The notes below the pieces were generated by a model. That model saw only the letters and a list, made by a program, of their open reading frames with translations. It was not told the DNA's origin and did no database searches. Shown one piece after another: positions 1-10,566 of a stretch of DNA of 64,000 nt. The number at the start of each line of letters is the position of its first letter. Within the stretch, counting starts at the first letter, position 1. The DNA comes from Paraspadella gotoi. Taxonomy: Eukaryota > Animalia > Chaetognatha. Location: assembly GCA_051294375.1 (NCBI GenBank), contig CM119271.1, positions 7,740,162 to 7,804,161 on the forward strand, read 5' to 3'. The translations under genes and the position numbers were made by a program.

Positions 1-2698
1 TCACCGAGAAACATCGGGAGATGCTTACTCTCTTGATAGAGGAAATCAAAACTTCTCCCGGGCTCAACTTCCTCAATGACCAGAGGATAAGACAAGGCGC
101 TTACAAAATCTATGCCGACGCGAGCACAACGGCCATGGGAGGCCTCATCACAGCCACAGCAGATGGGGTGGAGTACCCATTATCTTTTCACTCCAAATCN
201 NNNNNNNNNTGCTTTCAATATGATGGTAAGGAAGTATAAAGGATATACGTGTGGCAGGAGAGTCACGTTAGTAACAGACTCCCAATACTTTAAAAGAGTC
301 ATGGATCTTCAACACGACAAGCAGCAGCTCCTCCCAACAAATGTTCTTCGCTGGATCACAGAAATAAAGCAAGAATGTCAACCTAAAGAAGTCATTCTGG
401 TCAAAAGCGAGGACAACCCCGCTGACTTCCTCACCCGCTTTACCGAACAAGGACAGATTACCCCCCTTGACACCCCCTTTTTCCCGGCTGGTTTTGACGT
501 AGATGGAAGTTACGAGCCTGGTTATGCTGAGAATCCGGCAGGAGACGAAGAGGCACCAAGCCACCTCGACCTCATCACCGGACATGCTCCAACTCTCACC
601 CTAATGGCTCAGCTCTTACAACAAGAAACAAAACCTTTTCGAACAAGATTTTTCGAGTTTGTAAGACAAAATTTTGCCAACAGAAAGAAAAATATGGAAA
701 AACTGTATGGGAAAACAAAAACGAAAGATTCAGACACTTTCATCAGGACAATATCCGCGAAAGATTGGACACTCGGACATCCCGAACTAGAGATGTTGGC
801 CGAAATGACCGGCATCAACATAATTGTCATGGATGAGGACAACATCAGCCAAACTGGTTGCAAATACGAGAGATCTTATCAAGCTTCTCGGGCAGACAGA
901 ACAATAAAGATATTCAGAACCATCACCGGCCAGGTTAGCCTAGTTGGAGACTCTAACCTAGCCCAACAGCTACGACCAATAAAACCGGTAGACTTAAAGA
1001 TTGTATCTGTCAAAAGCTTACGACAACCAACCAACAGGGGAAGGCCAAGAAATCAACAAATTGGCACCAGACATACCAGTGAAGCCCCACCTGATTTATT
1101 ACATATAAATCTCAACCTCAGCGAAAAGCAACAACATCAAGCCCAAACCAGACCTTTCAGCGAAACCCCGGCCGACTTGATAAACATAAACCTCGAGGCC
1201 AAAACAGGAACGAACCAACAAGCCAGGCCAACTAATCATGACAGCAGCATAGTCGACAGGATCCCCATCAACTGGCCAGGCGCAAAGGAAGAAGTCTCAG
1301 TTGATAGCACCCTCGAGACAAGCATTGATATCACAAGGAGGGAGGTCGAAGAAGAATTAAGAAACCCACAACCACAGAACTTTTCCCTCGTCCCACTAGC
1401 CAGAGAAATCAGAGATTGGCAACAACAAAACTCAATTTTCAAGGAGGTTATTTTGTTGCTCAAAAACAACGGCAAAGAGAAAGCAAAAACTTTGCTTGAA
1501 AAAAAGATGACAAAAGGCAAAAATACGGCGGAGAGGTATCTCACAAATTGCATAGACGACCTTGAGGTCACCACGGACAATATCCTCACCATAAGAGGCT
1601 ACAAAGGGGACACGCCAACCTACAAGTACGTCGTCCCACCCGAAAAGGCTGAAGCAATCACTCATAAGATACATATACAATTTGGACACCCAGGGCGAGA
1701 TCGCACAGCTTTTATCACAGCCCAATACATCTCCACACCAGGATTAACATCAGCAGCCGCGAAAGTTGTGCGAAATTGCGATAATTGCGCAAAAGCCACG
1801 GATCAACAAAAGAACAACGAGACCTCGTCAGCGCCCAACCTCGCCATCGCTCCGTGGGAATCATTAAGCATTGACGTAATGCATCTACCAACCGTTTCAG
1901 GTTACAAATACGCCTTAATCGCCTCAGACAATGCATCTGCATACACCTGGGCAATCCCACTGAAACGAGCTGACGCCGACAGCCTCGTCAAGGCACTTGA
2001 TGAAAATATCTTTCTCCTCCATGGATCATATCTCGAAATAAATTTTGATGGAGCAACACAACTCAACGGAGGCGCAATGAAATCTATTCTAAACCTCCTT
2101 GATACAATCGGCCGAAAAATATTAGTTGGACGCAAAAATAGCAACAGGGCCGAAAGAGATATTGGCAGGAATAAGACAGGCCTTGCGCAAAGCAGTCGAA
2201 GATCAACCAGACAAATGGCTCCAAATGTTACCCCAGCTGATGTTATTGTTAAACGCCACTCCTATCATCGGCTGGAAAACAGATATGTCCCCCCATGAGA
2301 TCCAGTATGGACACAGGCCAAGGATCCTCGAAAGTGCCGACGACTACACCAAAAGGTCACTCGTTGGTTACGTCAGAAACCGAGCAAACAGGCGAGAGGA
2401 AGCTGAAAGAAAGCTGGCAAGTCAGAGGCTTGACCTCTACAGGCAAAGCTCAAGACGGAACCCTTACAGGAAGCCAAAAGAAATCAAAGTAGGGGACTTG
2501 GTATTGGCAAGAAGGGACCTCATCACAACGGGCGCAGCACCAACCGAAAACAAAGTCAAGCGCATCTATACAGGCCCTCACCAAGTTCTTCAAAAAGACG
2601 GAAATCACTTTGTAATAAGCATAAACGGCCAGCGATCTAAATATCACAGACGTCGTCTCAAACTCCACCAAGCGCCCGAGAACGATGCCATCGAATAG
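1..2698 (+). CDS. pol: Pol polyprotein C-terminal part (RNase H, linker, integrase); frame changes across the N gap at 200-209 and at about 2170
   Basis: RNase H motifs IYADAS..GG, YPLSFHSK, LVTDSQ, LRW, DNPADFLTR. Integrase zinc finger H..IHIQFGHPG..CDNC. Catalytic SIDV (D at 1873), NFDG (D at 2047), RAER (E at 2152). Removing one extra A near 2170 gives IGRIRQALRK..W...LP..LLLNATP..SPHEIQYG..VGDLVL..YTGPHQV. Confidence 0.9.
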
Positions 2699-2834
2699 AT
2701 AGAAATCAACATAGTAAAACTAGTGTAACGCAGACGTACAAAAGAAACAAACAAATCGACGCCAAAATCTCTCCCTGATCTTTCTCGTAATTTCTCTTAA
2801 TTTCTCGAAATCTCTCTAATCTCTCGTAATCTTG

Positions 2835-3080
2835 AAAGAAACAATAGAGCAACGGAGCCATTTCCCAAAGAAAAAGAAACGACGTTAAAACGAAAAACAA
2901 TAACTTTTTTCAAGCCAAACAAGCCAAACAACACCATAATCTCATTTTCCCCTCACTAACAGGATTAAAGAAACAATAGAGCAACGGAGCCATTTCCCAA
3001 AGAAAAAGGAAACGACGCTAAACTTTTTCAAGCCAAAAGAAAAAGAAACGACGCTAAAATTTTTTTTCAAGCCAAACAAG
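2835..3080 (+). repeat. Imperfect direct repeats in the pol-env intergenic region
   Basis: AAAGAAACAATAGAGCAACGGAGCCATTTCCCAAAG at about 2835 and about 2967. Repeated GAAACGACG(C/T)TAAA and TTTTCAAGCCAAA sub-units. Confidence 0.85.
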
Positions 3081-3120
3081 GAAAAAGAAAACAATAAACT
3101 TCCCCGACGCGAACCGCGGA

Positions 3121-3253
3121 CCAATCAGGAGGCTCCCAAAAACTTTACAAACGCCAATCATAATCAAGAAACAAAAAAACGGGAAATCCAGCCCACGTCG
3201 TTGATCCGACCAGCGAGTTTAAAAGGGGACAGAAAGACGAACTCGCCATCAGA
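3121..3253 (+). promoter_or_regulatory. Candidate internal Pol II promoter upstream of env
   Basis: CCAAT boxes at 3121 and 3154, TATA-like TTTAAAAG at 3218-3225, Inr-like TCAGA at 3249-3253, about 110 nt before the env ATG. Confidence 0.4.
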
Positions 3254-3359
3254 GCAAAGAAGAAACGTTCCAAGAGATCTTGCCTCTTCTCGCGAATTGA
3301 AATCAAAAATAAAAGATCGTCAGACAGATTTCAAATAAATCGCAAAGAGAAACAAGATC

Positions 3360-5176
3360 ATGGAAACAACAACAACAACGGCGACTCTCGTTTCACCTTA
3401 CCTGGTGGACGAGGGCAGAAAAGCGAAGCAACGGATCCCCAACACTTCAGCGATCCTTACTCCACCTTACCTGGTGGGTAAGGACAGAAGAAACAAGCCA
3501 GCAAGCTTATGGAACAAAACCATGCTTGTCTTAGCTTGTTGCATCATCACCACGGAGGCCGGAGAAAACCTTGTGCAAGTCTTTGACTGCAACAAAACGG
3601 CCCAACATGATGCGACTTTCCTAGACCCTCAACACTGCATCAAGGCGAAGCCAGTCGCCTCAAAGATCCAGAAGGCGGAACTCATCTTCTTGCCTGAGGG
3701 ATCACAACACGACGGGAAAGGCTGCGACATTACCATCACAGCAAAAGGCAGCGTCTGCGGCTGGTGGTCGATCCAGTACCCGAATCTGGACGCAGTTGAC
3801 CACCTTACTACAACAAGACAAAAATGCCTTAACATGCACAAAGGCATCGAAGTGACACTAGATGATGCTCCATTAAAGACAACTAACAAACATGGGGTGA
3901 TGAATCCAATTTCATTACCCAAACTGAAGCTGGGCACTAACCTACACAAAGTCACCGTCGGTTCCGTGGACGCAGATGGTTATTGCACCGGTGAAAAATT
4001 TATTTTTCACGACTACGTTTACGACGGAGAACGGGCAAAAATCGTGATAAATATCACATTATACGAACAAAAGATCGATGTCGCGGACACCGAAAATCTA
4101 CCACTCAGGACGCAGTGTAACAAAATTGCCCATAGTTGCACTTACCCTGGCGGCATCCTCGCTTGGACGGAACCATCTTGTAGAGCAAGAAGAGCCTTCG
4201 CGGGGCCAATCAAGCGCACGGAGGACGGCTTCATCCGTTCCCTGGGCCCCAATGACAAGCAAAAGGCCCTCCAGAACTGCACTCAGAGGCGAGGCAACGC
4301 CCCCTGCAGCCGTAGCAAAATGATAAACTTGGGATTTGGCCAATGCTGGAGAGCTTGCTTACATGATTTCAAGTTTGAAAAAGACCAAACTGACAATTAT
4401 GAGAAATGTGCCCCCATCTGTGACGCGGAGATGAATCCTCCGTTCGCTCTTCGCCTCACAGGCGATAGTCAGCTCATGCCAGGATGCGGAATAAGAGCAC
4501 AAAAGACGTCCTCGCCGCATTTCTTCTTCACCACGGATGTCACACCCGACCTGCAAAGAGACGAAAAGCTTATCCAAGCCATAAGCAAACGTTTCTCCGA
4601 ACTTGGAAAAAAGAATCATGAAGAATTAGAAGCACTAACCCAAGTTCTCCGGCGTGAAATTTGCAAATTAAAGGTCGACGAGGCCAGATCTATAGCAGCA
4701 AAAGCCCACGCCAACCCTTCCTCCGTTACGTTCATGGAAAGAGGGACAATCGCCTTCTTACGAGGGGAATTGCTACTCACAGCAAAGTGTAGCCTCACCT
4801 TAGCCCACTTACGACAAACAGAAACATGTTTTAAGGACTTACCCATCAAATTTAGAGGAAAAGAGTTATTCCGTCATTCGATTCACCATCACATCGTACA
4901 AACCCGACAACGAGTTGCAACCCGCCGCCTATTTATATGCAACAGGGAACCTATAAAACAAAAACGGGAGAAATCATCAGTAATTATTCAAAAATAACAT
5001 CAAACATGCCAGACGAGAAACAAGATCCATCTACTGAGGCAAATCTTTTCTAAAGATACAAGATTTCCTCGAAAAACATCACAAATTTACGACCGGATTC
5101 CAGGACTTCAAAGATAACCTGGAAAAATACAAGCATGGATCAACTTACTCAAGCTTCAAAAAAGTCATCGGAAATT
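3360..5176 (+). CDS. env: Env-like glycoprotein resembling chuvirus (Jingchuvirales) G, class III fusogen type; 3' end frameshifted and running into the gap
   Basis: Signal-like MLVLACCIITTEAG, then VFDC, CDITITAKGSVCGWWS, RQKCLNMH, GSVDADGYCTG, PFAL..CG, GTIAFLRGELLLTAKC and RQTETCFKDLPI, matching recalled chuviral G motifs in order. After about 4903, alternative frames read PTTSCNPPPIY and LKIQDFLEK..KVIGN up to the gap. No TM anchor is visible. Confidence 0.78.
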
Positions 5177-5318
5177 NNNNNNNNNNNNNNNNNNNNNNNN
5201 NNNNNNNNNNNNNNNNNNNNNNNNNNNNNNNNNNNNNNNNNNNNNNNNNNNNNNNNNNNNNNNNNNNNNNNNNNNNAACAAAACAAACGAAATAAAAACG
5301 CGACCCATCGCTCCTTAC

Positions 5319-6136
5319 CTCATACGCGTTCAAGAGATTTCTCGAATTGAAATCAAATTCGTTCGTCGGCAGATAATTTTGAAAGGACTCGTTCCCTCGA
5401 TTTGACAAACCCTGTCCGGTCTGACCCGATGGTTGTACGCCCTGCGGGGGTAGACCAGCTACCCCCCAGCCAGCCGGGTCCCCCTCGCCCGTACCGCCTG
5501 GGTTCGGACCGCCCGGGGCGAAATTCCGGACGCCCGCGGAGCCGACTAGGCTGAGACGGAATCCCGGAGTCGAAACGTCCGGATGGCCGCCGACGCTGCC
5601 GACGCTGCCGACTCCGCCGCCGAATCCGGCCAGTGTCGACGAGACATCGACGCCGACTTTGCACATTTCCGACGGAGTGTTCCGGCCGCTTGCGAAGGCC
5701 GGCGTCGGCGCCTGATTGTGGAAAGGGACGGCGTCGAAGGAGCGCTGCTGGAGATCGTTGAAGACTCCCTGCTCCATCGGAGCGTAGCACTGCGGCGGCT
5801 GAATCTGCTGATGCTGAGGTTGTTGAAACTGCTGCTGCTGCTGTTGTTGGGACATCGAAGACTGCGGCATTTGCGGCGCCGGCTGCGGCTGCGGCTGCGG
5901 CGGCGCCATCGGCATCGCCAAGCGAGACGCCGGCGTCGCCGCTTGTTGATGATGAGTCTCGAAGGCGCCGAAGGGAACTTTGACGAAGCTCTCGGCGGAT
6001 GATACGCCGGCGGTGGAAACGGGGCCGATGGGGACGCCGCCAATGACGCCGTTAATGACGCCGCCAGTGAGGCCGCCAGTGACGCCGTTCTGAGCGGCGC
6101 CGTTGGTTTGGACGGCGACGACGTCAATCATCGAAT
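5319..6136 (-). CDS. tutl: Turtle-like gene, probable cytoplasmic-tail exon (Q/P/G-rich)
   Basis: Acceptor ttctttcag| at 6137-6139, donor GAG|gtaagg at 5318, one open frame through the whole exon. Assigned to tutl by strand and position only. Confidence 0.55.
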
Positions 6137-7024
6137 CTGAAAGAAGAAAATCGGGAAAATGCGGCGCTGAAAAAAAATCTGAATTGTTTTAAATAAATGT
6201 TTAAACAAATATTCTAATTTGTCATTAAAATTTTTTGGGAGAAGTTTATCAATCAATCATTCAATCAATTTATCAATTATTTTTAAAGCTTTGTCTCACC
6301 TTTTCTGTTTAGTTCCATTAATTAAAAAAGCAAAAATGAGGGAAGATAAAAAANNNNNNNNNNNNNNNNNNNNNNNNNNNNNNNNNNNNNNNNNNNNNNN
6401 NNNNNNNNNNNNNNNNNNNNNNNNNNNNNNNNNNNNNNNNNNNNNNNNNNNNNNNNNNNNNNNNNNNNNNNNNNNNNNNNNNNNNNNNNNNNNNNNNNNN
6501 NNNNNNNNNNNNNNNNNNNNNNNNNNNNNNNNNNNNNNNNNNNNNNNNNNNNNNNNNNNNNNNNNNNNNNNNNNNNNNNNNNNNNNNNNNNNNNNNNNNN
6601 NNNNNNNNNNNNNNNNNNNNNNNNNNNNNNNNNNNNNNNNNNNNNNNNNNNNNNNNNNNNNNNNNNNNNNNNNNNNNNNNNNNNNNNNNNNNNNNNNNNN
6701 NNNNNNNNNNNNNNNNNNNNNNNNNNNNNNNNNNNNNNNNNNNNNNNNNNNNNNNNNNNNNNNNNNNNNNNNNNNNNNNNNNNNNNNNNNNNNNNNNNNN
6801 NNNNNNNNNNNNNNNNNNNNNNNNNNNNNNNNNNNNNNNNNNNNNNNNNNNNNNNNNNNNNNNNNNNNNNNNNNNNNNNNNNNNNNNNNNNNNNNNNNNN
6901 NNNNNNNNNNNNNNNNNNNNNNNNNNNNNNNNNNNNNNNNNNNNNNNNNNNNNNNNNNNNNNNNNNNNNNNNNNNNNNNNNNNNNNNNNNNNNNNNNNNN
7001 NNNNNNNNNNNNNNNNNNNNNNNN

Positions 7025-7420
7025 CGTCTCCGTTCGACTTGAGACTATCCTTCGAAACCAAAGAATCCTGAGTGGCGCAACTCCTGACGCCGTCCTCGAT
7101 TTCAGGAGTCTCTTTCGACGCCGCGGCGCTCTTTTCGTCCCCGACGGCGCCGCGACGGTGCTGCCCCTGGCGGAGACCGGAGAAACCCGTCGACGACGAC
7201 GACGACGAAGCCGACGAAGTGGGGGACGGCGCCGACCATTTGTTGTTGTTTTGACGCCCTTTGTTGGCGCCGCTTCGTCCGGCCTTTTTGTTCTTCCGGC
7301 CGCTCTTTCCGGAGCCGGAGGATTTCTTGCGGCCGCCGCCGCCGCCGCTGCTGCTGCCAACGGCGTCGCCGCCGCTTTTGGCGTTGGAAGGTGAGGATTT
7401 GGAGGTGGATGCGACCGGTT
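7025..7420 (-). CDS. tutl: Turtle-like gene, cytoplasmic exon (3' end in gap)
   Basis: Acceptor ccctcag| at 7421-7423. A phase-1 join to the TM exon reads KY-E-PVASTSKSSPS..GRKKSSG..KSNGD. Confidence 0.65.
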
Positions 7421-8921
7421 CTGAGGGTGAGGAGAGGTGGAGGTGAGCTTTGAGTCCAATGAAAGGAAGGTAAGTTACACGTTTTTATCCTTTTGTATAT
7501 ACAATTTATACATAAATAATACCAATAAAATTTTAAAGTGTTTGATGGTATTGATGGAGGTCATAAAGCTTCGAAAAGCGGAATAAAGTCGAACGACCTC
7601 GCGGTAAATAAAAATAAGTTTGCTGAGAACGTTGGACCGGCGCCATCGTCTCTTCTGCGCCATTTTATACCCGATTTCATTTGGTCTTCAATGCGCAGAA
7701 TTAGTCCAGTCAGTTAGAATTCAAAGACGCCACTTCTCCGAACTTAGTTCAAAACATTAGAATTTTCTCAACTCCTAAAAACCTAAAAATACTTTAAGAA
7801 AAGAAGAGACGACAAATTCGGAAACAAAATTCGAAAGCGAAGTGAATTGAAAACCCGAAAAGAAGGGGAAAAAAAATTTACTCGTTATAAAGCGAATCGC
7901 TTGCGCGGTCATGCAATCCCGGGAAAGTGAAAGGCTAAGAGGGTTGTCGTTAGCGTAGTGTCGAAAGTGAATGAGTGAGAGGAAAAGTGAAATAAAAAGA
8001 AAAAAGAAAAAAAAANNNNNNNNNNNNNNNNNNNNNNNNNNNNNNNNNNNNNNNNNNNNNNNNNNNNNNNNNNNNNNNNNNNNNNNNNNNNNNNNNNNNN
8101 NNNNNNNNNNNNNNNNNNNNNNNNNNNNNNNNNNNNNNNNNNNNNNNNNNNNNNNNNNNNNNNNNNNNNNNNNNNNNNNNNNNNNNNNNNNNNNNNNNNN
8201 NNNNNNNNNNNNNNNNNNNNNNNNNNNNNNNNNNNTTTTTTTGTTTTTTAACGAACTTCTGCCTCCGTTCGACAAATTGGAGAAAATTCTTTCACCCGAG
8301 TTAAACAAAATTGGGTGGNNNNNNNNNNNNNNNNNNNNNNNNNNNNNNNNNNNNNNNNNNNNNNNNNNNNNNNNNNNNNNNNNNNNNNNNNNNNNNNNNN
8401 NNNNNNNNNNNNNNNNNNNNNNNNNNNNNNNNNNNNNNNNNNNNNNNNNNNNNNNNNNNNNNNNNNNNNNNNNNNNNNNNNNNNNNNNNNNNNNNNNNNN
8501 NNNNNNNNNNNNNNNNNNNNNNNNNNNNNNNNNNNNNNNNNNNNNNNNNNNNNNNNNNNNNNNNNNNNNNNNNNNNNNNNNNNNNNNNNNNNNNNNNNNN
8601 NNNNNNNNNNNNNNNNNNNNNNNNNNNNNNNNNNNNNNNNNNNNNNNNNNNNNNNNNNNNNNNNNNNNNNNNNNNNNNNNNNNNNNNNNNNNNNNNNNNN
8701 NNNNNNNNNNNNNNNNNNNNNNNNNNNNNNNNNNNNNNNNNNNNNNNNNNNNNNNNNNNNNNNNNNNNNNNNNNNNNNNNNNCAATTAATCAAAGGACGT
8801 TGAGGCTCGGAATCTCTTGGCGACATTCCATAAATTTTCAGCCTCTCCATCTCTGGATGCTGCCGACGACGACGACGACGACCACGATGACGACGACGAC
8901 GACGATGACGACGACGACGAT

Positions 8922-8956
<35 letters not shown>

Positions 8957-9289
8957 CGACGACGACGAGGATGAAGACCATTTCTGTGACATAGATTGCT
9001 TTTCATCACGCCGGCGGAGATAAAAAAAAAAACTAAAAACGAAGTGAGACTCGATATTCACGCATCGAGAAAATCTTTGATTCCATCTTAAACTTATTCT
9101 TTCATGTTCGCAATTAATTGATTTTTTTTTTCATTTTAATCATATTTTATTTGTAATTTCGTTTTTTAAAAAAAAAACTTTACAAGCGGTGATTAACATT
9201 ACATTATATCAGAATCATCAACTTCAAAAATAATTTGTAAATCAATCAGTCACATCCACCAACCAGTCATTGAAATCAATAATAGATCA

Positions 9290-9324
<35 letters not shown>

Positions 9325-9400
9325 NNNNNNNNNNNNNNNNNNNNNNNNNNNNNNNNNNNNNNNNNNNNNNNNNNNNNNNNNNNNNNNNNNNNNNNNNNNN

Positions 9401-9437
<37 letters not shown>

Positions 9438-9446
9438 CCCCCTCAC

Positions 9447-9629
9447 CGTATTTGCTCATCTCCTTCTCTTTCCTCTCCTCCGCCTCCTTGCGGCGTCGTT
9501 TCTTCCCGCAGAATTTGACGGCGACGACGCTGAGGACGACGGCGACGATCAGGAAGAGGACGCCGCCGACGCCGCCCGCCACGGCGGCGGTCAGCGGCGC
9601 CGCCACGCCGGTCGAGAAGTGGGAGTAGC
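9447..9629 (-). CDS. tutl: Turtle/IGSF9-like transmembrane exon
   Basis: AAVAGGVGGVLFLIVAVVLSVVAVKFCGKKRRRKE closely matches the recalled insect Turtle TM and juxtamembrane segment. AG and GT sites are phase 1 on both sides. Confidence 0.85.
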
Positions 9630-9774
9630 CTTTAGATGGGGGATGGAGGATAACGTTCAATGGAGTTGGGATCGGGAGTTGGGTTTAAGTCCCTACAGCT
9701 ACACTACTTTATCTATTCATTCGTTCTTGCAATAATTTATTAATTAATTAAATAATTGATTAATTATTTCAGTC

Positions 9775-10090
9775 ATTCGTTCATCCATTCATTTATTCAT
9801 TAATTTATTCATTCATTCATTCATTCATTCATTCTTTTATTCAGATATTCATTTATTCATTAATTTATTCATTCATTCTTTCATTCATTCATTCATTCAT
9901 TCATTCATTCATTCATTCATTCATTCATTCATTCATTCATGCATTCATTCAATCATGCATCCATTCATTCATTTATTCATTCCTTCATTCTTTTACTCAG
10001 ACATCATTCATTCATTCATTCATTCATTCATTCATTCATTCATTCATTCATTCATTCATTCATTCATTCATTTATTCATTCATTTATTCA
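9775..10090. repeat. (ATTC)n microsatellite
   Basis: Long cattcattcatt tract. A (CAAT)n tract lies at about 9290-9435. Confidence 0.95.
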
Positions 10091-10534
10091 TCTGTTAATT
10101 CATACATTTTTCTATTGATTAATTCATTCTTTCATCCAGCCATTTACTCATTAATTCGTTTAATATTTAAATTAAATCATTCACTAATTGATTCATTCAC
10201 TCATCTAAAAGAAGACGTTCGTAAATTAATGAAACAGAATAACAACGAAACCATCGTCATCGAAGAGGAAAAACAAAAAAACAAAATAGCATCGGCGAAT
10301 TCGGAAAATAACTTTCCGGGGAAAACAAATTTGACAAACTACCTCAAGGAAACAACATAACATAACAAGAACGAAAATAAAAGGCGAGTCTGGCGGAAAC
10401 GATTAAAGAAAAAAAAAAACTGAAATTTAAAAAAGTTTAATTGCGTAGAAGTGAAGAAAATATGAAAACTAAATTGCATCCGGAGAGAGTCACGCCCACG
10501 CAAAGCTAATTTCTTAACTTAAAAAGAATCCATT

Positions 10535-10566
<32 letters not shown>

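Larger units (their letters stand above)
1..5176 (+). mobile_element. Ty3/gypsy (Metaviridae-like) LTR retroelement, 3' part: pol (RNase H, OTU-like insert, integrase) followed by an env-like gene; cut by the window edge and by an N gap
   Basis: The domain order RNase H then integrase with a GPY/F-like module is that of Ty3/gypsy. A same-strand glycoprotein ORF follows. A-rich plus-strand composition. No LTR is visible; a 100-N gap starts at 5177. Confidence 0.88.

Noticed and set aside
2160-2180. Programmed ribosomal frameshift in integrase
   Set aside because: It falls inside the catalytic core with no slippery heptamer. A single extra A (error or mutation) explains it.
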